Shown: positions 1 through 12,400 of the stretch, piece by piece
How positions within the stretch are numbered: the stretch's first letter is position 1
Layout of the letters: every line of letters begins with the position of its first letter
From: Octopus bimaculoides
Taxonomy: Eukaryota
Reading direction: 5' to 3'
NCBI RefSeq assembly: GCF_001194135.2
Contig: NC_068998.1
Span: 10,196,543 to 10,260,542 of the forward strand
Length of the DNA: 64,000 nucleotides
Notes under the pieces: generated by a model
Seen by the model: only the letters and a program-made list of their open reading frames with translations
Databases searched by the model: none
What the model was told of the DNA's origin: nothing
Made by a program: the position numbers and the translations under genes

Positions 1-2002
1 ATTACCACTATTCGCTGTAATTAAGGAAATGAATAAAATATGGAAATCCACGGTTAAGGGGAGGTAATTCAGTGAGTATAATTTTTAATCATATACTTCC
101 GTATGTTTATCTACCTCCTTTAGTCAATGATGAGGATTTAATTTGATCAACCATAATTCTCAAACAAAATCAGTATGACACAGTGGGTAATGAGCCTGCA
201 CTGTGATCTGGCGAAGAAGTACTACAAACGTAGTGCAGTCTGGTGGCCTATTATCATGTGTAGCTGACTCTTTCGACAAGTTAAACTGGGCCTAGTTACA
301 TGACCAGCTTATATAATATAAAGAGAAGCTTGTAGTGTGTTTGTATGTTATTTCACATTAATGGTGAAACTATGAACAAAGTATTAAAAAAAAAACTCAA
401 TACCTTCGAATGAATCGATCTCAGTATCTCTTTTTAAAGCCCAGTGCTTATTTTATCGAACCAACACCAGTTGTCAAGTTATGGTGGGAGATGAACACAT
501 ACACGCACAGGCACGCACGCACGCACACACACACACACGCGCGATGAGATTCATTCAGTTTCTATCTATGCTAGATGAGAGCTATAGTTGAAGACACTTA
601 TCCAAGGTGTCACACATTGAGATTGAACCCAGAACCATTTGGTTTGGAATTCAGTCATACCTGCATTTATATATGTATACATATAAATATATTACACATA
701 TACAAATATGCACACATATACACGCATACTCATGTACACAAATACATACACTCAACCACTGAAATTTAATGATACACGAGAACAATATTTAGATTTTTAA
801 TTTCTTTATTTTTTCAAAGAATTACATTTTTTCTAAAAGTGGAAGACCTTTCTTAACTAGTTTGTTCCAGGAGACTCGAAAAGAAAGAAAGTCATTATAG
901 AGAAAGCATCTAATTGTTAATTAAAAATTTAAGGCTGGCAGGATGATTAGAAAACCAGGTGAAATACTTCGCCACATTTGCATCTCTCTTTGCTTTCTGA
1001 GTTCAAATTCCACCAAAGTTAACATTACTGTTCATTTTCCAAGGGACAATAAAATAAGTAGCAGTCGAGGACTAGGGGTTGATGCAATCAACTAGACCCC
1101 TCCCCTCAAATTTCAGGCCTTATGACTATAGTAGAAAGGATTATTAATTACTGTATTTGAACGGGTATAAGGAACCCATTTTTGTCAAAAATTAGGTTTA
1201 AAAAATATGAGAGTCTTTTATACATGGATAGCATTATAGATATTAATAAATTACTTAATTTCTCGAACCTCAAATCTCCAAATTAGGGGGTTCCATATCC
1301 ACAAGGGTTCCTTATACAAGTTAAAAATGGTAAATATCTAAGGCAGTGAGCTGGCAAAAGTGTTGGCAATTTGGACAAATGCTTAGCAGTATTTCTTCCA
1401 ACTTTACAGTATGAGTTCAAATCCTGTTGAGGTCAGCTTTGTCTTTCATCCTTTCATAGTCAATAAATTAAGAACCAGTTGAACACTGGGGCCTTGCAAG
1501 TACAGATTGGAGCCTGGAGCAGCTTCTTGGCTTGCCAGTCCTCCATCTAACCGCAGCCAGCATAGAAAGTAGATGTTAAACAATGATGATGATGAGCTGG
1601 CAGAATTGTTAGCATGCTAGACAAAATGCTTAGCGATATTTTCATTTGTCTTTCATCTTTCTGAGTTCAAGTTCCACCAATATCAATTTTGCCTTTCATC
1701 CTTTCAAAGTCAATAAATCAAATACCAGTTGTCATAATTATCAAGTGGCGATTAAGACCAAGGAGAGATAATTATAAAACTCAAAAATTCTCTGAAGTAG
1801 GAACAAAACCTGCTTTATGAGTCAGATAATATAGATTTGTGTGGCTTGGTTGGAAGCCATAATCCAATAGCTTTAGTTGCATGGTTTGAACTTATGACTT
1901 AAATGGTTATTAATCCAGCAACTTCATCTCACAGCATCTACTTCTAAGACTGAAAATTCTCAGTCTCAGAAAGGAACAAAGAAACGCAAAACACCAACTT
2001 AC

Positions 2003-2117
2003 ATTTTGCATGCTGATGAGCACAAAAATCTCCAGAAACCACCAACATTGTCTTCACAAGTTGCCACGCAACCACTGGATAAATCTAGGTTCTGTAGACG
2101 AGCAATAATGTCATCAA
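2003..2117 (-). CDS. Secreted peptide precursor, coding exon 2 (IDDIIARLQNLDLSSGCVATCEDNVGGFWRFLCSSACK)
   Basis: Acceptor gatatttttcag|, phase 1 fits exon 1, open for 115 nt, CX3C-X11-CX3C. Ends at AT|gtaagt, or reads through to KM-TAA (stop ends at 1999). Confidence 0.78.
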
Positions 2118-2334
2118 CTGAAAAATATCAAAAACATCAACAATGATAAAAAATAATAACAACAGTTCCCTTGTGGTTATTTAAAAATTTTAAAGACGGG
2201 TGAAAATGAATAAAAGATGTAAGGTGGCAAAGTGGGGGAATCATTAACATTTTGGTCAAATTTTGCATGGGAATCGTGTCTCAAAATAAAGTGGTCCTTT
2301 TGAAGAAGATATACATATAACTTGGAAAACTTAC

Positions 2335-2425
2335 TTGAGAATCTCTTATCTATTTCATCATCAGAATACACACTGGCACTCAGTACCAAAGGCACAAGAG
2401 CCAAGAAGAAAAGTACGATTTTCAT
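2335..2425 (-). CDS. Secreted peptide precursor, coding exon 1: signal peptide + acidic spacer + KR (MKIVLFFLALVPLVLSASVYSDDEIDKRFS)
   Basis: Exon 2437-2335 with acceptor ttttattttaccag|, aatacCATG context and phase-1 donor A|gtaagt; typical hydrophobic signal peptide. Confidence 0.8.
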
Positions 2426-2761
2426 GGTATTCAGTTTCTGGTAAAATAAAAATGACACATGGAATCTATGAGACAGGATTACAAGGAGAAGGAGTTGAGA
2501 AAATTACAACGAAGTATGTTTGGGAGGAATGTATTAAGACCCATGGGTCCAGATGGCTGCAGCACACACACACACACAACAACAACAACAACACACACAT
2601 GCACATTCATCCAAAGTGTATTCAAACATTGATATTTGTCAAGCAAATATGAAAGAGAGAACTCAATTCATGGTCTGGCTCTCCATTGGTTATGACAATG
2701 AGAGTTCCAGTTGATTTAATCAATGGAACAGCCTGCTCATGAAATTATGTATGCATGTATG

Positions 2762-2805
<44 letters not shown>

Positions 2806-3229
2806 TGTATACATACATCTATATATATATATTTATATATATAAGCATTGATTAGAGAACAAGCATCAAATTCAGGCCAACACCTTTATACAAACCCATG
2901 CTTCTATACATTTCATCATATACAAATAATACCATGGCCTTCAACATATAAAAGAAATACATACATAAGCACCAAAATTAAAAAAAATATATATGCACAT
3001 ATAAAAATACAAAAACTAATAGGAGGATCTGTCTGGAAAAAGTATATGCAATTCGACTAAAAAAGGTGATCAAAATGAATTACTAAAACATATCAATTGA
3101 CTAAAAAAAATTTTTTTTTACCCCTCAGTTAAAAATATATCAAAATAGTCAGTTTTTTAAAAATGAAGCAATCCATGGTAGATCTGGTATCTAAGGCGCG
3201 TAAGAGAGTCCCCAAAAAATAAAAGCGTA

Positions 3230-3435
3230 GGTCAAAACTCACATCCATGGCCATTTTGGGAATTCATTGCTGCGGTCCGATTGCCTCGGCAATGAGGCAA
3301 TGGGTTGTATGCAATGTTTCGAGTGGCATGGGCACTTCAAAACTGGATGAACATCCATGGAAGATGATGAGTTATCTGGAAGACCTGCCATGAGTGTTAC
3401 CCTCAGAAATGTGGTATTGTGCATCAACAATTCAT
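3230..3435 (+). mobile_element. Mariner transposase N-terminal (HTH) fragment
   Basis: LGNEAMGCMQCFEWHGHFKTG*TSMEDDELSGRPAMS matches the mariner FEW..F..G..S.EDD.RSGRP motif. Confidence 0.75.
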
Positions 3436-4559
3436 CCCCCAGGGACAGACCAATAACAATGAAGAATTTTGGGAAAATGACTTTGATATTAAGCTGGTGT
3501 TTTGAACATAAATTTACATGAAATTTTGATGGAAATTTTAAATTTAGATCCCTTTCACCTTTTTGATACTAACTCACCTGGGACTTCCCCTAGTGTTATA
3601 AAACAATTTTCTGGTTTGGAAGAGATTTAAATTAAAATCGTCCATCAAATTTTCATGTTGATTTGTTTCAAATATCAACTTAATATTGACAAAGTTATTT
3701 TATAAAATTCTACATAATTTTTGAAATTATTTGCAACAAAGATAGTGTATTTCTACAGAAATATGGTAACAAATTGTAGAACCAGGAATAATTTCAGACA
3801 GGTTGGTAACAAAAGAGGGCTTACAACTCTGTTGCCGAGGAATATTTATCAATGGCATTTGATGAAAATTCCTTCATAAATTGTGTTCTGTAGTACATTT
3901 CCACGTAGTACATTTGGCGCGGTTTCTACGACTGGATGCCAACCACTCTGAGAGTATAATGAATGCTTTTACGTGCCACTGACATGGGTGCCATGTGCGT
4001 GACACCAGTATCTTCCATAACTGCAATTTTATTTGGCTTGATGGGTCTTCTTCTCAAGCATGACAATGCCAAAGGTCTTGGTCATTGCCTCCATGAGGCC
4101 CAACACTTGAAAGGAGCTTGTAGTGACGTCATATTGGCGCCAACATCCAAGCGTTCCCGCTTCTATTCTGTCTCTTACCACGCCAGACAGCGAACAAGCA
4201 AGACGGTCTAAAACAAGCTCTCATTGAGTGTGGAAGAAGCAAGTTGTCTCTCCAACGATTCATCTCTACATTCAGGCTACTCAGAAACCGGACAATTGGA
4301 AGCTGTATATTTTCCACCATAAACAAATATTGTTGTTGTTGATCAGTTTGGAGTTCTGCGTTCCGTTCACTTCTAATTTAATATAGGAAAGTCAGGTGTA
4401 CATCTAATGATGTATAACCCACTTTCCTAAAAGCTTTTCCGGTGCCACCAGCATCAGTCTCTTTAACTGTGAGAGGCCCAATACTTGAAAAGTGCTTTTT
4501 ATGTGCCACTGGCACAGGTACCAGTTCTGTAATTCCAGCACCAGCCATAACTACAATGA

Positions 4560-5450
4560 AGGGTCTTCTCAAGCACAGCATATTGCCAAAGGTCTCGGTC
4601 ACTAGTCACTGCCTCTAGGAGGCTCAAAGTTTGCAGATCATGCATCACCACCTTGTCCCATGTCTTCCTGGATCTGCCTCTACCACAGGCTCCCTCCACA
4701 GTTAGAGATCGGCACTTCTTTACCCAACTGTCCTCGTCCATATGCATCAAATGACCATACCAGTGCAGTCATCTTTCTTGCACATCCAGCAAAGCATACT
4801 GGCTTCATTTCTTTCAAGCCAATGCATGTCTTCGGCTGTCACAGCCCATGCTTCACTACCGTGTAGCATAGCTATTCACACACAGGCATCATACAATCCG
4901 CCTTCCACTCTGAGGTAAGAGCTCTCTTATCTTTGCCCAGCCTCATCTTATCCTCACAGCTATTCTCGAAGCATTTACCTCTACTTGGTCACCAAGATAA
5001 CAAAATCTATCTACAACCTCTAGCTCACCTCCCTGGCTGTTGATGGAGTCTATTTTCTGCACACTTTCAGTGTTTATTGTACCTGTGCATTTGCCACACA
5101 CAAGAACTATTTTCCCTGTTAACCGTCCTGATATCGCTGTACCTCTTATGTGTCCATAGCTTACACCAGATACATCTTATGGAGTTTCTACCTACGCCTT
5201 TTCTACAGATATGTTCAACTTACCTCTCTCTGATGATGGAATAATCATGCTATGGAATTCTTGCTTGCTACTATATTCCAATAGCTGGTATATTCTAGAA
5301 ACAGTTGTTAGACTTATGTAAACCTTTTTATCGTATAGATAAATTAAATACCCTTGTCAAATCTTGCCAAACCATTTGCCTTGTCACTTCAGCTTTAATC
5401 TATATCTACTGGCTCAAGAGGAAGTCGCTTTAGAAAGGTAGTCACAAAAT
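4560..5450 (-). mobile_element. RTE-clade LINE, decayed 3' part of the RT ORF
   Basis: VDRFCYLGD, LYDACV..AMLHGSEAWAVTAEDM.WLERNEASML, MDEDSWVKKCRSLTVEGACGRGRSRKTWDKVV. Confidence 0.85.
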
Positions 5451-5679
5451 CCTCATATCTTTTATATCATCATCATCACAGTTAACGTCCTCCTTCCATG
5501 CTGGCCTGGGTAGGACGGTTTGACAGGAAATGGCCAGGCAGAAGCCTGCACCAAACGTCTATGCTGCTATATTTCATGTTGAGAACTTTTTAGGTCTTAA
5601 TAGACACAAAATGTGATCTATTTCTAGCGCATTAATTGTCCACGTTAGTGGTCGATGTTATTTTTAAAATATATATCAT

Positions 5680-5732
<53 letters not shown>

Positions 5733-6037
5733 CATGGGTTTCCTCAGTTTCTGTCAACCAAATTCACTCATAAGTCACTGTTTGGCCAAGGGATGTAGCA
5801 TGTAGCAGAAGACATTTATTCAAAGTGCTGCACAGCGGGACTGAACCCAAAACCATATGGTTGCAAAGTGAGCTTCTTAGCCACATGGCCATGTCTGTTT
5901 CAAGCCATGGGGTACAGAATTATAACAAAATAACTGAATATATTTTTGCCTGTTGCTCTGCTAATTATGCCACCCACTTCATTTCAATGGAAATAAAACT
6001 AATAACAATAACAACATTGATAACAGCTTTAGATGAA

Positions 6038-6062
6038 TTTATTTTTTGAAGGAAATTTTATT
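6038..6062 (-). terminator. Candidate polyadenylation signals for CRYZL1 (two AATAAA on the minus strand)
   Basis: tttatt at 6038-6043 and 6057-6062, 36-60 nt downstream of the stop. Confidence 0.5.
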
Positions 6063-6097
6063 TACAGAATAACAAATTAACAGCGATGACTGGTTGC

Positions 6098-6194
6098 TCA
6101 GAACTGGACAATTGTCTTCCCAAAGATTTGATCAGATATTGATAGGAAATTACTCACAGCTTCATCAACTTGGATGGTTTTGGATATATTCACT
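6098..6194 (-). CDS. CRYZL1: CRYZL1 last coding exon (KVNISKTIQVDEAVSNFLSISDQIFGKTIVQF*)
   Basis: Acceptor ttttcttcttctag|, phase 2 fits exon 10; ends VQF-TGA like human KKQVVQF*. Confidence 0.88.
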
Positions 6195-6463
6195 CTAGAA
6201 GAAGAAAAAAGATGAAAAGAAATCAACATTATATATATTCTTTTATATGTTTCAGTCGTTTGACTGCTGCCATGCTGGGGCACCACCTTGAGTGGTTTTA
6301 GTAGAAGAAATAGACCCCAGGACTTATAATTTTTAAGACCAGTACTTATTTTATCAGGCTCATTTGCTGAACCGCTAAGTTACAGGCAGGTAAGCACACC
6401 ATCTGTTGTCAAAAGATGGTGGGGGAACAAGCACAGATACACAAACATATACACATGCATATA

Positions 6464-6494
<31 letters not shown>

Positions 6495-9400
6495 CGATAG
6501 GCTTCTTTCAGTTTCTGTCTACGGAATCCACTCATGAGGCTTTGGTCGGCCAAAGGCTATAGTAGAAGACACTTGCCCAAGATGCTACGTGGTGAGACTG
6601 AACCCGGAACCATGTGGTTGGTAAGCAAGTTACCACACAGCCACTTTATATATATGCACATAACGGGCTTCTTTCAGTTTCTGCCGACCAAATCCACTCA
6701 CAAGAGATAATACTTTTCATTAAAATACTATAATGCAACTTACAGTCAGAAAAGCTTCCTAATTGCATTCATACAAGATTTAAGACAGATAAATTTTCCC
6801 AAATGATAATCTCACACTATTATCAATGATCTTTACCTGTATACTGCATTTGCATATATCTGAAAGCATGCTATCTGTTTCGGTGCATATCTGTAAATGA
6901 AAATACATCTGTCTGCGTGCATGATCTTTAATGTTTTTATGACCTCATTCATTTTGTGTTCCTGAAACATATCTACTAAATGCTTCCAAAATATAATTTG
7001 GTTTAACTTCATTATACATACATACATATCATCATTTAACATCTGTTTTCCATGCTAGCATGGGTTGGATGGTTTGACTAAAAACTGGTAAGCTGGGGTG
7101 CTGCACCAGGTTCCAATCTGATCTGGCATGGTTTCTACTGCTGGGTGCTCTTCCTAAAACAAACCACCCCAAAAGTGTAGTGGGTGCTTTTTATGTGCCA
7201 CTGACATGGGTGCCAGTTATGCAACACCAGCATCAGCCACAATTACAATCTCACTTGGTTTGACATATTCTGAAGCATGGTATATTGTCAAAGTTCTCGG
7301 TCACTTGTTACTGCCACCATGAGGCCCAACATTTCAACAGTGCTTCTTATATACCAGTTATGTGACACTGGCATCAGCCACACACACACACACACACACA
7401 TACATATTTATTTATCACCTGTATTGACCAAGCTATTGAAAGTTGCTATACACTGCTGGTCAAAATGCACTTCTAAACCTTTCTTGACCCAAATCTTCTT
7501 CTCATCATTGTGGAGGCCTTCAGAGTGCCATTTTCAAATCTCTCAGATACCATTTGGTAACTGCACAGGTCAACCTGCCGTTCATAAACCATGCAACATG
7601 TCTAACCCAGTGGAACTTATGCTTTTGGTATTCTGCAATCACATCATTCACTCTGCTCCATTCTCAGTTACTTCTTTTCCGATATACACTCCCAATGGTA
7701 TTCTCACATGACTATAGTAGCTCAACCCATGCCAGCATGGAAAATAGATGTAGAACGATGAAAATATTCATGCATTTTTAACTACTTACAAAATTGCATA
7801 CAACCAGTCTTATCAGCATATGATGTTGATATCAATCAGAAGTCTGTTCAAGAAGACGCCATCTAAACTTTAACCTTTTAGCATTCAGATTACTCTGTCA
7901 AATGTAATGCTTACTTGTTCACATTGTTTTAGATTTATCATTCATTATCTCATACCTTTGAGATTTTCATGATGTGATTGTGTATTTTAAGAATGACATA
8001 ATAGAGTAAGTGTGAGGAGATCTGATTGATCTAAAAACAAGACAGGTAGAATATTGGGCTGGATGTGGCCAGTTTAGGAGAAAGGTGGAATAAATAGAAC
8101 ACCGTTCTGTGGAGCACGTTCATGCTTTATTTCACTTCAGCCCTCACACATTCTCTCTGTATGCAGAACGTGGCCATGTCTCACTACCTTGCAGCATTGC
8201 ATGGTACTGAGTTAGGGGCATTGAATGCAGAAGAAAAAGAAGGGCTTTCTAATAGATCCTTACACACATTTAAAAACCCATTTAACCAAATCACTTTCAA
8301 ATAGATTTGAACAGGATGAATGAAAGTATAATAATAAAACAACAACAAAAAGAACCATGCATGAGCAGATGCCAAAATTACAGGCCTGTCTGCTTGTTTA
8401 CTTTGAAATATCAAGATCAGCAGAAAGAATTATCAGGTAAACTGATAAAAGACTGCCAAGAAAAAAACAATCAGCTTGCTTTACTTTTCTGCCCCCTCAG
8501 TTTGCAATGCTATGGTAGTACTTCTCAGACATTTGTAGATATGATCTACTTGAATTTTATGAAGGTATTCATTAGAAGAAATAGAGGAGTCCATGCGAGC
8601 TTACACAGTCATGATGTCAGTAGTACTGAGTGTTGGCAGCACAACAATAGGGCTTTTCAAACAAATGCAGATCTGGTCTGGTCTGCCAAGATCAGTGGTT
8701 ACCAACAGGTGTCCATATGGCTCCTGAAAACAATTTTGCCTTAAATGTTGTATTGGTGTGTATTGCAAGAAACAGCTAGGTTTCTTTAACATTTTACATA
8801 GTTCAACCCAAACAAGTTAAAACAAATAGGAGTTTCAAAAGAAGTTTTTATAAAAACGAGTTTCTAAACAATGAATGGCTATGGGGGTCCACCAGAGTAA
8901 CATAGTAACCAAAAGGGTTTATAGATTTTTTAAAAAATGGTTGAGAACCCTTGTCCTAGATTTTGGAAAAGTATTCAGCCATCATGAGTCACAGAGTCAA
9001 GTGCATCAATGGAAAGGGTTTCCATTGGTTTCTTTGACTGAGTATCAAAGTTGCTTTCTATCAACTAAACAGGAATGGCTGTGTGGTAAGAAGTTTGATT
9101 CCCAACCACATGGTTCCAGGTTCAGTCCTGCTGCATGGCGTCTTAGGTAAGTGTCTTCTACTAAAGCCTCTGGTTGACCAAAGCCTTCTGAGTGGATTTG
9201 GTAGATGGAAACTGAAAGAAGCCCGTCATATATGTATATATGTGTGTCTCTCTCTCTCTCTGTCTCTGTATCTGTGTTTGTCCCCCATCACTGCTTGACA
9301 AATAGTGTTGGTGTGTTTATGTCTCTGTAACTTAGTGGTTCGACAAAAGAGATTGACAGAGTAAGTACCAAGTTTAAAAGAACAAGTACTGGGGTCAATT

Positions 9401-12400
9401 CATTTGGCTAAAAATTCTTCAAGCTGGTGCCCCAGCATGGCCACAGTCTAATGACTGAAACAAGTAAAAAATGTTTGCTCACTGAATATAAGCATATAAG
9501 TGTCCAGGACTTTAACTATTCAACCTCTGGAAATAAAATATGCATTCAACACAGAGAAGTGGCGAAAAGATAAAATAATCAAAATTGGTAAAAGAAAACA
9601 ATGAACTTACTTGAGCAATCCTCGATCCAGTTTGTCGACAGCATCACATAAGATGTGTATGAAATGTTAAGAAAGAAAACATGAAATATATGAAAGGGAT
9701 GGGTCATTTATCAAATATTTTTGTTGTTACTGTTTTTTAGCCCAGTTCAACTCTGATCAATCAATCATGATATTTGTTATTGTAAAAAATATTTTGTTTC
9801 ATGGCCTAATCTAGAAGGCTCTGAATCTTTCTGACTTCATCACACACACAAGGCATCCTTATTGTTTAACCTATTAGCATCTAAACTGGCCACATCCAGA
9901 CAAAATGTTCTACTTGTTTTATGATGAACTGGCCATATCCAGCCTCTCACACCTACCCTACAATGTCATTCTAAAATTAAACAATCACATCTTCAAAATC
10001 TTGAAACTACTAAATACTAAATGACCTTACTGTTTCTCCAAATTTCAGGCATCGTGACTATGTTATAAACTGTTGGTTATACATGAGTGTAAATATATGA
10101 ATATCACAATTTTCATGATACTCAAGCATTAGTATGAATTTTCCACTGCTTAAATTCATAGATCTAAGAATTTCGTGACACAACTAGATAACTCTAGTTG
10201 TGCACCAAATGTGCCATGGAGCTCCATTTGAGAATCACTGGTTTAATCAACTTGAATTTAACAACATTAACAAAAGCTAAAAACAAATTAGTTCTGGTCA
10301 AAAAGGATATGTTTATAACGTCCATGCTGGGAGTATGACATTGTCCATATTGAATCAAATAGAAAACAGAGACTGCCACTACGCAGAAACAATTCACGTG
10401 AATCTGGTGGGTCCAGCTGAATAAAGATAAAAGAAATGAATATATATGTATATATATATATATTTGACAGGAAGGACAACAAAAGAAAGAAAGAGACCTC
10501 GATATTATGCAAATAGAGGAATTTATCTGTAAAAATATGTGACACTTATTCAGTAGCCATGATAAAACTCAGAGTTTCGGATGCCGGGGTGGGAGACCAC
10601 GCCAACATCTCTTCAGTTATCCGGCCAATTGAAAATTCCTGTGAAAAATGACCGTTAAAAACAAAGGGAAATTACTGTGTAGTGACAAAATGCGTATATT
10701 ATCGCATGCACGCATATATCCATATACGCACGCATATATTTACATACGCACACATCCACGCACACACTCCCAAGCACGCACATGTACCTTCCAAGCACTG
10801 TTGTAAACAGAGGAGGTGAGCTAGAATGTTAAAACTTAGTGTGCTTGCCTGGCAGAGTTCAAGGTCAATCTGTACCAAGCGGTTTTACACTGTGTGCATT
10901 AGATTTGTTACTATGGCAACAGTCCAGTTACTTATTGATCAGACCATGTATGTTTCAGCAAATACAGTACTTATGTGTTTCAATGTTTTAATTACTTTTG
11001 AATATAATCAGCTAATTAGATAGCTTTAGTGAAATAATTAATATTTTTATGGAAATTATGATGGAAGGTTTTAACTTAAATATGAGCATGTTAAATGGGG
11101 GACAGTTTGGTACAGTAGAACTAGAAGTGGGTGGTATGAAAAGGGGAAAGCAGAAGGGAAAAACACAACTCGATAACATTTGGTTCAAAAGATAAGTAAA
11201 TTATTTGAAGGCCCTGCATTATGACCGATAAAAATAAGGAAAACAATATCTCACCCNNNNNNNNNNNNNNNNNNNNNNNNNNNNNNNNNNNNNNNNNNNN
11301 NNNNNNNNNNNNNNNNNNNNNNNNNNNNNNNNCCATCCCCCCTCCCAAATCACAACCATTACTATAGCCACCACCTACGCTGCTGCTGCCACTGCCACCA
11401 CCTCCACCACCACTGCTGCTGCCGCCGCCACCACCACTACCACGGGTGTATGGTAGTAGCTGTTGGTGGGTGGCAAAATTATTGAGTTGGATACAGAAGT
11501 GATAATGGTGGTTCTCATAGCAGTAGTAGCGGTGGTGGTAGTATGGGGGTGGTGGTGGTGGGTAAGACGGTCACTGCATAAAAGCACCTAGTATATTCTG
11601 TAAAGTGGTTGGTGTTAGGAAGGGCATCCAGCCATAGAAACCATTCTAAAACAGATATGGAGCCCAGGTAGTCCTCCAGCTGGCCAACTCCTGTCAGGTT
11701 GTCCAACCCATGCCAGCATGGAGAACAAACCTTACATGATGATGATGATGATTCCTTTTTACACTTTCATGTTTCTTAGCGGGGCTCGGAAAGGAGTCTC
11801 AGGGAGTAGCATCCCTGCCTTCCCCGAGCTAGTTTTCCACCACATTTCTTTACAATTGTGGTTGAGGCCTTTGGTCTTGGGACCACTCATGTCTAGAAAC
11901 TAAAGTTTGGGGGTAAGCAAAGGCATGCTCCCCATAGAAAATCCAGCTTTGAAAAAGCCTTGTGAGAATAGCAAAGGAGCATGGACACCAGCCAGCCCAA
12001 AGGTTGGGGTAGGCTGCACCTGCTTACCTCAAAAAGGAAGGTGCAAACCCTCATCCTGGGTCACAAGCATGACTTGCCTTATGATGGCCAACAGCCTGAG
12101 GAAATGCTTGGGGTGAGGTTGGAAAGTTGGAATATGGGTTGTAAGATTCCACAAAATTAGGATTGCTCAACTGAAGTAGGATGCAGGGGACATGCCTGTA
12201 TGGAAGGATAACCACGATTGTAGTTAGCTTGGCATACCTTCTAGAGCACAGCAAACTGCCAGGAGTATTAGTCCTTTGTCCTCTCCTCTCTGAGGCCCAA
12301 TATCAACATCCATTCTCACCACTTCATCCCATGCTTTCCTGAGTCTACCCCTTTCACATGTTCTCTCCATAATTAGAGATTGGCATGTCTTGATGCAATT

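Noticed and set aside
800-900. Possible third exon of the secreted peptide (ILLEQTS* after a GAG acceptor); alternative IWSCN* near 300
   Set aside because: Weak acceptors and several equally plausible choices; read-through to KM* is also possible, so no call made
8307-8792. 145-aa and 63-aa ORFs considered as the last CRYZL1 exon or a nested gene
   Set aside because: No similarity to the CRYZL1 C-terminus (found instead at 6098-6194) and no recognisable domain
11775-11890. Possible HDV-like ribozyme at the RTE 5' end (7-bp ggctcgg/ccgagct helix with G-U first pair)
   Set aside because: The enclosed sequence forms a plain hairpin; no convincing P3/L3, P1.1 or catalytic-C junction
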